A stretch of 63,096 nucleotides of DNA, counting the filler, from Octopus bimaculoides (Eukaryota): assembly GCF_001194135.2 (NCBI RefSeq). It is 3 parts of 3 records of this genome, joined end to end, with 100 filler letters (N's around TTAATTAATTAA, not from the genome) between each part and the next. Parts side by side here need not be neighbours in the genome. Positions count along the whole stretch, not along the records: positions 30,304 to 58,248 come from NC_068986.1; positions 58,349 to 63,096 come from NC_068984.1; 1 more part is not named here. One strand, written 5' to 3'. The notes beneath the pieces are model-generated. The model saw nothing but the letters and a program-made list of their open reading frames with translations, was not told the origin of the DNA and ran no database searches. The translations under genes were made by a program, and so were the position numbers. Positions 53,504-63,096 of the stretch are shown here, in pieces; within the stretch, counting starts at the first letter, position 1, and each line of letters begins with the position of its first letter.

Positions 53504-54110
53504 GAGAGATCAACTGAACTGCTTAGATCTTGTGTTGGCATTTTATCACCGACTGATAAAATTCTAATCTAGGACTGAAGTCAGTCTAGTTGTTTATTCA
53601 TGATCATTGCTTATAAACCCACCATTACTAAAGACGGAAGTGAACAGGTGAGAGCAATGTGCATAATTTAAGGCATCCATGTAGAGTTTGACACGAGCAA
53701 CTGTAATATTTGTAGCAGGCCTCATTCGACCAGAATTTATAATTACTAAATAATACAAACTATTTTTACACAAGAACATAATTATTACCCACTCAACTAA
53801 ATTATTTCAAACATAAAGAAATCTAACAGACACGTAAATCAATGTTTATATTCAACTTAACGCGGAGATTCTGTTAGAACGGCGAATATAGCGTTATTTG
53901 CTTTTAAGAGGAGCACTCATATGAACGCATGGTGCATAAAAACAAACACACTTATGTTGTTAGCACACAAGAATCTCCAACTACTGGCGCCGGAACTGCC
54001 ACGTATCCCGTCTCCTCAGTCCGCTATCCGGACTATTTGCGGATTATTGGCTGAAAGTCACTGAAATTATTCATATTCTTGCGAGTAAGCTTTGGCTGGT
54101 ATGAGGTTAG

Positions 54111-54168
54111 CGGATGACTGCCACTGAGGAGACGAGGTACGTTGAAATCATATGATCCGGCAGTCCCG
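54111..54168 (+). ncRNA. Type I hammerhead ribozyme
   Basis: Stem I is gactgcc (54116-22) / ggcagtc (54159-65), extended by cgg/ccg past an AT bulge. Core CTGAGGA 54124-30. Stem II is gacg-aggta-cgtt. GAAA 54144-47. Stem III is atca-ta-tgat. NUH is ATC, with predicted cleavage 3' of 54157. Deviations: A.C at 2.1-1.1 and G.U at 10.1-11.1. Confidence 0.8.
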
Positions 54169-54210
54169 GTGCCCATAGTAGACGATTCTTGGCTGCCAAG
54201 AATATAAATA

Positions 54211-54748
54211 CTGTAATCACTCCCCATATTGTGGTTCACCTATCGCGCCCTCAGCACGTTGCGGATTTTCTGGCTTATATATGTAAATTTGTATCGTGTA
54301 CTCTTCAGTATATCGCGGGTTTCTGCGGCCGATAGCTATTGATATTTATTTAGATTTTAATTATTTCTGTGATAAGATAAGCATTTTCACGCCTAAAGAT
54401 TAATAGATTAATAAATAAAAATACAGTACAGTACTGACTGGACTGTGTAACACATCAAATATATTAAAAGAAAATGCGTAGTGTACTGTAAATGAGTAAA
54501 CAAAGAATCGCATACATCGTATGGAGAATGAAACTCGGGAGGCAAAAGAAGAGAAGACGCGGGTACTCCTAAGAGTGTGAGGAGAGTTTATAAAAGCTTG
54601 GGTTTATAAAAAGAGTAAAATAGGTATATACAAATTATAAAAATAATAAAAGAAATATACAGTACAGCACTGTTTCTACTTCGCGGATTTTCACCTGTCG
54701 TGGGGTGAGGTTTGGAACATAACATACATAACATTCGAGGGATTACTG
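54211..54748 (-). mobile_element. Tigger/pogo-type MITE inserted into the fold-back element
   Basis: Ends ctgtaatcactcccc..ttcacctatcgcg / cgagggattactg. TA duplication at 54209-10 and 54749-50. Homologous to 29703-30060. Confidence 0.85.
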
Positions 54749-55556
54749 TATGTGTGCGTTTATGCAGTATGCATCCTTATGAAAAATAAATAACGTTGTA
54801 TTTGGTTTTCCAGCAAAATATCCACTTTACGTTGAATATAAAATTGTCTTTCGGTACTAATACTGCTTCTGTCGCTAATAACTAAGGTATATAAGTTGTT
54901 TTATAAATGTTTACTGAGCAAGTTACTCAAACTTTATATGAGATTTACGCAAGAGTACACAATTTGGCACACGTTTTCAAAAGTTAGGATTCAGCATCAT
55001 TATAGTTATAGGTCAAATTTTGATCTATCAGAAGAGACCTGTTCGTCGATTTCTCAAAGTCCATTCAAAAGATGTTTTGTTTAAAAGTTTATATCGAAAC
55101 AAAAAATACATTTTCTTCCAAAATTTTTCAGCTTACCACACTACCCTGTATAGAATTATGCATATTATTCAAATATTTATCAACTACATCATGATAAAGG
55201 TCAACTGCCATTGCTTTAAAGGTTTGAGTTAACTGCGAAAATAGAATTGAGCTTTCATAGGTTTAAAATCACTATACCACCTTGAAAACTCGTCGTTTTA
55301 AGAAAATAGCTAATACCAGTATTTCTGTCAATAGAAGTGCGTGACAGTCACTTAGAATGGTTTAATTTACATAAACTGTTCAAGATACACATCATACATG
55401 CCCTGTAAATTAATCTGCAATTTATTAATCTATTAAATTTGAACATTATAGAAATGTCACGACGAATGCACACCTTTCCAAGGTTTGCTTTAAATCATAA
55501 CATGCCATCTTAAATAAGATGATAGTTAAGTTTACATCAGATTCTGTAGTTTCAGT

Positions 55557-57615
55557 TAGACGATGCCAAAAAATATGATGTGATGGTTATGGCTGGAACG
55601 TAAATGAAATAAATTAGCTCTGAGGTGGAGAACGTTTCTTCTGATCTTGTTATTCACGTTGCTAGTTGGACTGGACCTTCCAAAGTTAAGTGCTTTAGTT
55701 ATGGAAGAAATACACAGCCACTGGTAAAACACGGTGCCCCGATCTCTGACAGTTTTCATGTATCATGGTGACCAAGCCATACGTACTCTTAAACGGGTAG
55801 ATTATAAAATTGTTTATATTAGCTTTAGAAAATTTACTTTGAAACTTTGCAGTATTCTATGATACCCTTTACATCTAGTGATATTTCCTGATTTATTTAT
55901 AGGCATTCTATTATGCCTATAGATCAATAGCTTTAAATATCAGTGTTATAAAGATTGTTATATTTGACGTGGGCTATCGTTCTTGTATAGCTACGGACAG
56001 CTTTCTTTGAACAGAACTACGGTCCTGAGACTGACAGTAAGGCTGTTTTTAGCAGATCCTTAATTGGGGCTCATTGCAGGCAATGGGTTAAAAGTTCAAT
56101 CTTATCTTCATATAAACACGTAATAACCTTTCTAGTTTCCCTCTATGCAAAGTAGATGCATTTAATGTTGCTACTTTTAATTAATCAACAATCGCTGAAA
56201 ATATATGGGATTGAGAACCGGAAGCTGTATTGTACATGGCTTTGATAAGGAAGATATTGGAGTTAAGGAAGCAATTTCTTCTAAGAGCGTAAATATTGGC
56301 ACAGATTCCAAAGGAAGAAAGTTTTCTTTCGGGCAGCACACCATCCAGTCAGAAAATGGTATAATGGTGTTGTTGCAGTATTTTTCTTTGTCTAAAGTTA
56401 GCCCCAAAGCCTGGCTACCAGCCAAAGTTCTCAATACACGTATGTTATTCCGATTAATCACTCGTATTCGCACTTTCAATTTTACTGCTTCATTTATTAC
56501 TATACAATACAATGTAAATAGATGAACACAGTTTGTCCCCTTTCAAACTAATGATGCTATTGACATACTACACTGTTTCTTGCAGAATAGGTGGATGCAC
56601 TTTTGTCTTTTCAAATAAAGTGCTTCTGGGTCTACATTATCGTATATGTCCTTCCCTTTTTAAGGATACAATACGAGGAAAATTGTTACTGTTTTGCAAT
56701 AAATCATGGTTGCAGATGTTTCAGCAGGCCTAATACCAAAAGTGTTGAACCATGTCAAGCAAACAGAGTGAAGAAATTTCTTTCTCTTTATACCAAACCA
56801 ATTCCAGTAAAACGTTATTATTTTGTTATTGCTATTCTTAACCACCAAGCTGGCACCAATTTAACATATTAATAATCAAAACTGTTCCAGCCATGGCCAT
56901 CACCAGATTTTTTCGGCATCGTCTAATATATCGGTTGCTAACGATTCTGACAGTTTGCTGCCTTCGTCTAATAATATATTGATTTCAATTTTTGGCACAA
57001 GGCCAGCAACTTCGAAGGAGAGGGTATAAGTTGATTACATCGACCCCAGTACTCAACACAGCTGGTATTTATTTTATCGGCCCCGAAGGTATGAAAGGCA
57101 AAGTCGACCTCAACGGATTTGAACGTGAAGGCGGACGAAACGCTGCTAATGTGTAACCGGGCGTGCATAAAATTCTACCAGCTCGCGACTTCTGTCTAAC
57201 TAATGTATTAAGATGGTAGGTAATGATTTAATGAGAATTTGAGTGCTATTTCTAACTGATTCCGTTATAGATGCTCTTTTATCTTTACAGGGTCAGCTAA
57301 TCAGTTACAAGTGCGCAGTAGAATTTACTTCTTGAATTAACAGCTGCACTGCGAAATATCAGGGTGCTTCGCTGACAGTGCTCCATATGAAAAGCTACAT
57401 GCAATAGGCTTGAGTGCGATTAAACTTAAAGCCATATCCATCAATTTCTAAGATGGAGCTGATGTCTGACATCAGCAAAAGAATCGTGATGTCGCAACTT
57501 TAATTGCTAAGAAATTTGCTAACTCAAAGAAACTTTATACAAAAGTATTTACTGATGTGGTTAAACAGGGATTTAGTAATCACACCATGATTATTAGTTT
57601 TGAACAAGGTGAAAG
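55557..57615 (+). pseudogene. Decayed multi-exon gene of unidentified family (exon-like blocks ~55557-55796, 55991-56036, ~56192 onward, 57291-57615, possibly 58832 onward)
   Basis: 57291-57615 has a strong tttatctttacAG acceptor and an AG|GTATGT donor, with one frame throughout and three stops. Upstream blocks join in phase as FMYHGDQAIRTLKR|LRTAFFEQNYGPETD|IAENIWD*EPEAVLYMALIRKILELRKQF. Confidence 0.5.
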
Positions 57616-57676
57616 GTATGTATGTATTTACGTATGTATGTATATGTATGTATGTGCATTTATGTATGTATATGAG

Positions 57677-57714
<38 letters not shown>

Positions 57715-57775
57715 CATATAAATATATATATATATATATTATGTATGTATGTATGTATGCATACAGATATATATA

Positions 57776-57839
<64 letters not shown>

Positions 57840-58214
57840 TAGATACATACATATACGTATATATACACGATTTAAATGCGTGTGTGCGTGCGTACGAGTC
57901 TGTGTGTGTAAGCGTGAGTGTGTGTGGGGGTGTACATTCATATATTCACATATACACATATACATATCAATGATGTTTAATCTACACCTAAAGACATGCT
58001 GAGATGTCTAGATATCACGAAAGATATCTGCTGCATTGCACAACTCGTTTATCATTAGACATGAGTTATCGCACGTCCAAATCACCAAATATTACTCATG
58101 AAAATTTGGAAATAATTCTTCAGAGATTTCTCTAACGATTATAATGAAGGAAGCGCGTTCTCTCTCTATCTCTTTCCATATCTCTTTCTCTCTATATATA
58201 TATCTCTCCCCCCC

Positions 58215-58248
<34 letters not shown>

Positions 58249-58596
58249 NNNNNNNNNNNNNNNNNNNNNNNNNNNNNNNNNNNNNNNNNNNNTTAATTAA
58301 TTAANNNNNNNNNNNNNNNNNNNNNNNNNNNNNNNNNNNNNNNNNNNNCTTAATTGTAGATTTTAAATATTTGAGAGACAACAATGCATAAATCGTAATT
58401 TTTAAAAGAGCAATGAATTCTAGGTGAATAGAATATAACGTAGCATGAATTTAGGAAGCTTAGAAAATGAATAAGCATGAATTTAAGACAACAACTGAAT
58501 TCAATTGAATTTCATGGAGAGAAACAAGATAAATAATAGAGGGCAAACTAAAGCGCGAAGGTATGAGATGTTTGAGGCCGATAAATGAACCGTAGA

Positions 58597-58817
58597 TTAA
58601 CCTTTTAGCATTCAGATTCTATCAAATGTAACACTTATGTATTCCCATTGTTTTGAATTAATCATGCATAATTTTGTAGCTTCAAAATTTTGATGGTGTG
58701 ATTGTTATTTTTAGAATGACATTGTAGGGTAGGTGTGAGAAGCTGGATCTAGCTTGTTTGAACATAAAACAATGAATATTTGGGCTGGACATGGTCAGTT
58801 TAAATGTTAATGGGCTA
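58597..58817. mobile_element. TTAA-type (piggyBac-like) MITE, second copy
   Basis: ttaaccttttagcattcag..gtaggtgtgagaagctggatct..aatgttaatgggctaa, homologous to 22398-22620. Confidence 0.6.
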
Positions 58818-59232
58818 ATCCTTTGTTTCAGAGAAGCCTGTAGGAAAATAAATCAGTTCTACATTGGCAAGAGAGTGAGGAGCTGTCCCTAAATATGCTT
58901 AATATCAGGATAAGTTTCATCTCCATGAACCTACAAAAGCTATGAACATCATCGTCATCATCATTGTTGTCTTAATATTCACTTTTTCATGCTTGGATAG
59001 ATTGGATGAAATCTTTTGTGGCAGATCTTTGACAGCCAGGTGCTCTCCTTGTAAACAAATCACAGCTATTTCCAAGTAAGGTGATATTTCCCCTTGGCTG
59101 GACATATTTTCACAGATGATTGTAAACAAATGACATTGCATGTATGACTGTGACACTTATTTACTACTGCCATGCAATGTCAAGACAAAGAGACACAAAT
59201 ACATACATATATATACATTATGTGTATGTTGT

Positions 59233-59520
59233 TCCATCATCGTTTAACGTCCGCTTTCGATGCTGGCATGGGTTGGACGGTTTAACTGAGGACTGGCAAG
59301 CTGGGAGGCTGCACCAGGCTCCAATCTGATCTGGCAAGGTTTCTACAGTTAGATGCCCTTCGTAATGCCAACCAGTCCAAGAGTGTAGTGGGTGCATTTT
59401 ACGTGCCACCAGCATGGCAGCCAGTCAGGCAGCACTGGCATTGACCACGCTCAAATGGTGCTTTATACATGCCACCAGCATGGGTGCCAATCAGGCAGTA
59501 CAGGTATCAGCCACAGTTGA
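59233..59520 (-). mobile_element. SINE family C
   Basis: catcatcgtttaacgtccgctttcgatgctggcatgggttggacgg.. followed by the family C body. Confidence 0.85.
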
Positions 59521-60496
59521 GTGGTGCTTTTTATGACAGGCTTCTTTCAGTGTTCATTTATCATATGTACTCACTAGGCTTTTGGCTGCCTGAAGCTGTT
59601 GTAGACACTTGCCTAATATGCTATGCAGTGAGACTGAGTGTGTATGTATGTATGTATATATANNNNNNNNNNNNNNNNNNNNNNNNNNNNNNNNNNNNNN
59701 NNNNNNNNNNNNNNNNNNNNNNNNNNNNNNNNNNNNNNNNNNNNNNNNNNNNNNNNNNNNNNNNNNNNNNNNNNNNNNNNNNNNNNNNNNNNNNNNNNNN
59801 NNNNNNNNNNNNNNNNNNNNNNNNNNNNNNNNNNNNNNNNNNNNNNNNNNNNNNNNNNNNNNNNNNNNNNNNNNNNNNNNNNNNNNNNNNNNNNNNNNNN
59901 NNNNNNNNNNNNNNNNNNNNNNNNNNNNNNNNNNNNNNNNNNNNNNNNNNNNNNNNNNNNNNNNNNNNNNNNNNNNNNNNNNNNNNNNNNNNNNNNNNNN
60001 NNNNNNNNNNNNNNNNNNNNNNNNNNCATTATCTACCAAATCCACTCACCAAGCATTGTTTTTGCCCATGGCTACAGTAGAAGTGGTACTTGCCCAAGGT
60101 ATCACACAGTGTAACTCTACCTAAAGCCATTTAGTTGGGAAGTGAACTTCTCAAGCACACAGTCATGCCTTTGGCTATATATAACATATTAAGTGCATTA
60201 CAGAAGATAATGTTAAGAAAAGCATTTCCAAGATAATGATGTCTGGTTTGATGATAAAACACTATGAGTGTTTTTCTTCTAGAATGTCAAGTCATTGTAT
60301 GGAAAAGTATTTATCTTCCTTCAAATGTGGCTTTAATTCTTTGAAAATGTTAAGTCATCTTCATTATCATCGTTTTAACGTCTACTTTTCCATGTTCACA
60401 TGGGTTGGACAGGATTTATTGAGCCAGATTTTCTATGGCTGAATCCCCTTCATGTTACCAACTCTCACTTGTTCCTAAGGTTATATTTTTCCAGGA

Positions 60497-60795
60497 GGTG
60501 CAATGGCCCAGTGGTTAGGGCAGCAGACTCGCAGTCAGAGGATCACGGTTTCGATTCCCAGACCGAGTGTTATATGTGTTTATTGAGCTAAAACACCTAA
60601 AAGCTCCACAAGGCTCTGGCAGGGGGTGGTGACGCCCCCTGTTGTACTCTTTTGCCCCAACTTCTCTCACTCTTTCTTCCTGTTTCTTGAGTAACACTGC
60701 AATGGATTGGCATCCCGTCCAGCTGGGTGGAACACATACACCATAGAAACTGGGAAACCGGGCCCATGAACCTGGCTAGGATTTAAAAGGGCGTA
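60497..60795 (+). mobile_element. SINE family D variant
   Basis: ggaggtgcaatggcccagtggttagggcagcagactcgcagtcagaggatcacggtttcgattcccagacc head with a different 3' half. Confidence 0.8.
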
Positions 60796-60857
<62 letters not shown>

Positions 60858-61333
60858 GCATATATGGGCACAGGACGTCACCAACGGTTCAAACAACATG
60901 AAATACATAAACAAACGAGTTAAATATGTAAACAATGGGAAAAAATGGAAAACAAGACAAGTAAACACAGAGAAAGGACCCTTCATCAGTTGTTGGTTGT
61001 CTATCTACTCCTCATTTCAAGCATTCAATGACAATATGAGTCTTCAAAGACAGTTGCTTCTGTAAATTCTAAAATAAAATTTAGGATTCATGGAGGGTCA
61101 AAGTTTGGAACAAAAACATGACAGTGGAGACATACATGAAACTGAATGAAAACAAGCATGGAGGGTCATTAGACCAGAACGAGACGATGACGTCGTCATC
61201 GTCGTTGTCGTCCTCGCCGTCGTCGTAGTAGTAGTAGTAATAGTAGTAGTAACTTATTTTCATTTTGGTTTGTTATAATTTGTGTATCTCCCATGCTCTG
61301 ATGAAACACTTATGTTATTTTTGCACGTTTCAG

Positions 61334-61518
61334 AGAGCAGCTTTGTCATTTGACCCTGATGAAGGTGATGATGAAGATATATCTGATTTGGAGGAAGAAC
61401 TCCCAGAAATTGATTTCACAACAGGGAAATTGAAAAGAAAACGTCTTGGAAAGAATCCTGATGTTGACACAAGTTTTCTACCTGACCGTGATCGAGAAGA
61501 AGAAGAGAACAAGTTGAG
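61334..61518 (+). CDS. FAM50A: FAM50/XAP5 family nuclear (spliceosome-associated) protein, penultimate coding exon
   Basis: tttcAG|[44 protein letters not shown]|[26 protein letters not shown] is the FAM50 signature. The phase-2 end matches the next exon. Confidence 0.93.
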
Positions 61519-61607
61519 GTGAGTTGAATTTTCTTACTCCAGTTTTTACTTGCTAATACTGTTTTATTTGATTTTTACATATTTAATAATTTGCAATATT
61601 TTTTGAT

Positions 61608-61945
61608 CAAGCACCATTTGAGCGCAATCGTTTCCAGCTTCGCCTTACTGGCACTTGTGCCGCCGGCATGTGGACAAAACATTGGACTGACTTCTGTGTA
61701 GGTGGCACGTAAAAAATACCATTTGAGCATGGCCGTTGCCAGTACCGCCGGACTGGCTCTCGTGCCGGTGGCATGTAAAAAGCACCCACTACACTCTCGG
61801 AGTGGTTGGTGTTAAGAAGGGCATCCAGCTGTAGAAACTCTGCCACATCAGATTGGAGTCTGGTGTAGCCACCTGGTTCGCCAGTCCCTTGTCAAATTGT
61901 CCAACCCATGCTAGCATGGAAAGCGGACGTTAAATGATGATGATA
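61608..61945 (+). mobile_element. SINE family C in the FAM50 intron
   Basis: ..gcacccactacactctcggagtggttgg..ccaacccatgctagcatggaaagcggacgttaaatgatgatgat. Confidence 0.85.
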
Positions 61946-62035
61946 TATACATATATCACATGTATACAAATTGAATTAGTATGCATATATTTATATATGC
62001 ATTTTCGTATGCATATCATTTATATACATACCATA

Positions 62036-62082
<47 letters not shown>

Positions 62083-62130
62083 ATACTATGTTTTTATTAA
62101 TTTTTATATTTTGTATTCTTTCTGTTATAG

Positions 62131-62641
62131 GGAACAGCTTCGTCAAGAATGGGTTGCTAAACAAGAAAAAATTAAAAATGAAGAGATTGAAATTACCTAC
62201 AGTTACTGGGATGGTTCTGGTCATCGTCGACAAGTGAAAATGAAGAAAGGCAACAGCATACAGCAGTTCCTGCAACGGTGTTTAGAGAATTTACGTAAAG
62301 AGTTCAATGATTTGAAATCTATCACAGTCGATCAGTTGATGTACGTTAAAGAAGACTTAATTATCCCACATCATTACACATTTTATGATTTCATTGTGAC
62401 AAAAGCTCGGGGCAAAAGTGGACCGCTCTTCAATTTTGATGTGCATGAAGATATCCGTTTGATCAATGATGCCACTGTGGAGAAAGATGAATCACATGCT
62501 GGCAAAGTTTGCTTGCGAAGCTGGTATGAAAGGAATAAGCATATATTCCCAGCATGTCGATGGGAACCATATGACCCTGAGAAGAAATGGGACCAATATA
62601 CTGTCTCTGATAAAAATGCTGCAAGGATTACAGTAAAATGA
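62131..62641 (+). CDS. FAM50A: FAM50/XAP5 family protein, last coding exon (XAP5 domain)
   Basis: ttatAG|[99 protein letters not shown]. Stop TGA at 62639-62641. Confidence 0.96.
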
Positions 62642-62962
62642 ACTCTTGTATCTTTCATAGATTTAATATCGCATATCTCCTTTGATCTTTAAAATTATTT
62701 TATACATGTGAACTTGTCTGTTTATTTATTCTAGTATCATAAGCACAGGTATGGCTGTATGGCTAAGAAGATTACTTCTCAACCACATGGTTTCAGGTTT
62801 AATTTCACTGCATAGCACCGTGGGCAGGTGTTTTCTACTATAGCCCCGGGCTAAACAAAACCTTGTGAGTAGATTTAGTAGATGAAAATTGAAAGAAGCC
62901 CATCATGTCTGTATTTGTGTGTACATCCATACACATATACATATGTACATATATACATTAAC

Positions 62963-63096
62963 AGTTGAGGGAACCCGTGGAAGAGGTAGGCCCAGGAAGA
63001 CCTGGGCTGAGGTGGTGAGGCAAGACCTTCGTACATTGGGCCTCACCGAGGCAATGACTACGGACCGAGACCTTTGGAAATGGGCTGTGCGTGAGA
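62963..63096 (+). mobile_element. RTE-clade LINE 3' end (runs off the window)
   Basis: VEGTRGRGRPRKTWAEVVRQDLRTLGLTEAMTTDRDLWKWAVRE. Confidence 0.88.

Larger units (their letters stand above)
53840..54846 (+). other. Rod-like fold-back element (~470 nt without the nested MITE) carrying a hammerhead ribozyme; retrozyme or viroid-like candidate
   Basis: Colinear inverted matches include tttatattcaac/gttgaatataaa, cgaatatagcgttattt/aaataacgttgtatttg, gcat..tgcataaa/tttatgca..atgc and caagaatc/gattcttg. Others are actggcgccggaactgcc/ggcagtcccggtgcccat, acgtatcccgtctcctcagt/actgaggagacgaggtacgt and ccgcta/tagcgg. Confidence 0.75.

Noticed and set aside
54033-54239. ORF MNHNMG..MGTGTAGSYDFNVPRLL..
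   Set aside because: It is short, starts within the MITE, is antisense to the hammerhead and has no recognisable motif.
53936-54285. Pol III gene (RNase MRP, 7SK or telomerase RNA) on the minus strand, suggested by a TATA-like box near 54280, a GTGCTGAGGGC start and a T-run near 53940
   Set aside because: The TATA box and apparent 5' end lie inside the Tigger MITE. No MRP CR-I/CR-V, 7SK GAUC motifs or CUAACCCUAA template are present.
56177-56512. 111-aa minus-strand ORF
   Set aside because: It has a non-ATG start, an upstream stop and no splice context. The plus-strand pseudogene reading fits neighbouring blocks better.
827-58002. Numerous YIYI, HTHT, CVCV, LSLS and poly-T/poly-L ORFs
   Set aside because: They are translations of microsatellites.
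60870-61190. Possible hammerhead in a dispersed repeat (minus-strand ctgatgaaggg with a nearby gaaa)
   Set aside because: I could not build compatible stems I-III in any topology.
61934-62130. N-terminal extension of the 235-aa FAM50 ORF
   Set aside because: It is intronic microsatellite sequence. The real exon starts at the AG acceptor before 62131.
1-63096. CRISPR array, rRNA or functional tRNA genes
   Set aside because: There are no repeat-spacer arrays or rRNA matches. The tRNA-like segments are SINE heads without complete cloverleaves.

Overview
AT-rich, microsatellite-dense animal genomic DNA. The SINE families and repeat texture suggest an octopod cephalopod; that is an inference. 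The only intact protein-coding sequence is the last two coding exons of a FAM50/XAP5 gene (61334-61518 and 62131-62641, +). Its 5' exons were not found in the window. Most of the rest is repeat. It includes four SINE families, five mariner/rosa-type elements, hAT, Tigger and piggyBac-like MITEs, and a Helitron helicase end. It also includes RTE, CR1-like and two RLE (R4/Dong-type) LINE remnants, a Penelope-like element (PLE) with a minimal hammerhead, a U6 pseudogene and a decayed multi-exon gene of unknown family. The most interesting object is at 53840-54846. After removing a TA-flanked Tigger MITE (54211-54748), about 470 nt remain that fold back into one long rod. The right arm carries a complete type I hammerhead ribozyme (54111-54168). 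The left arm is complementary to the catalytic core but lacks the two segments that would make it a ribozyme. This is the layout of a retrozyme or viroid-like circular RNA, seen here as a single genomic copy. All calls were made by eye. No database search or folding program was run, and SINE/LINE end coordinates are approximate.
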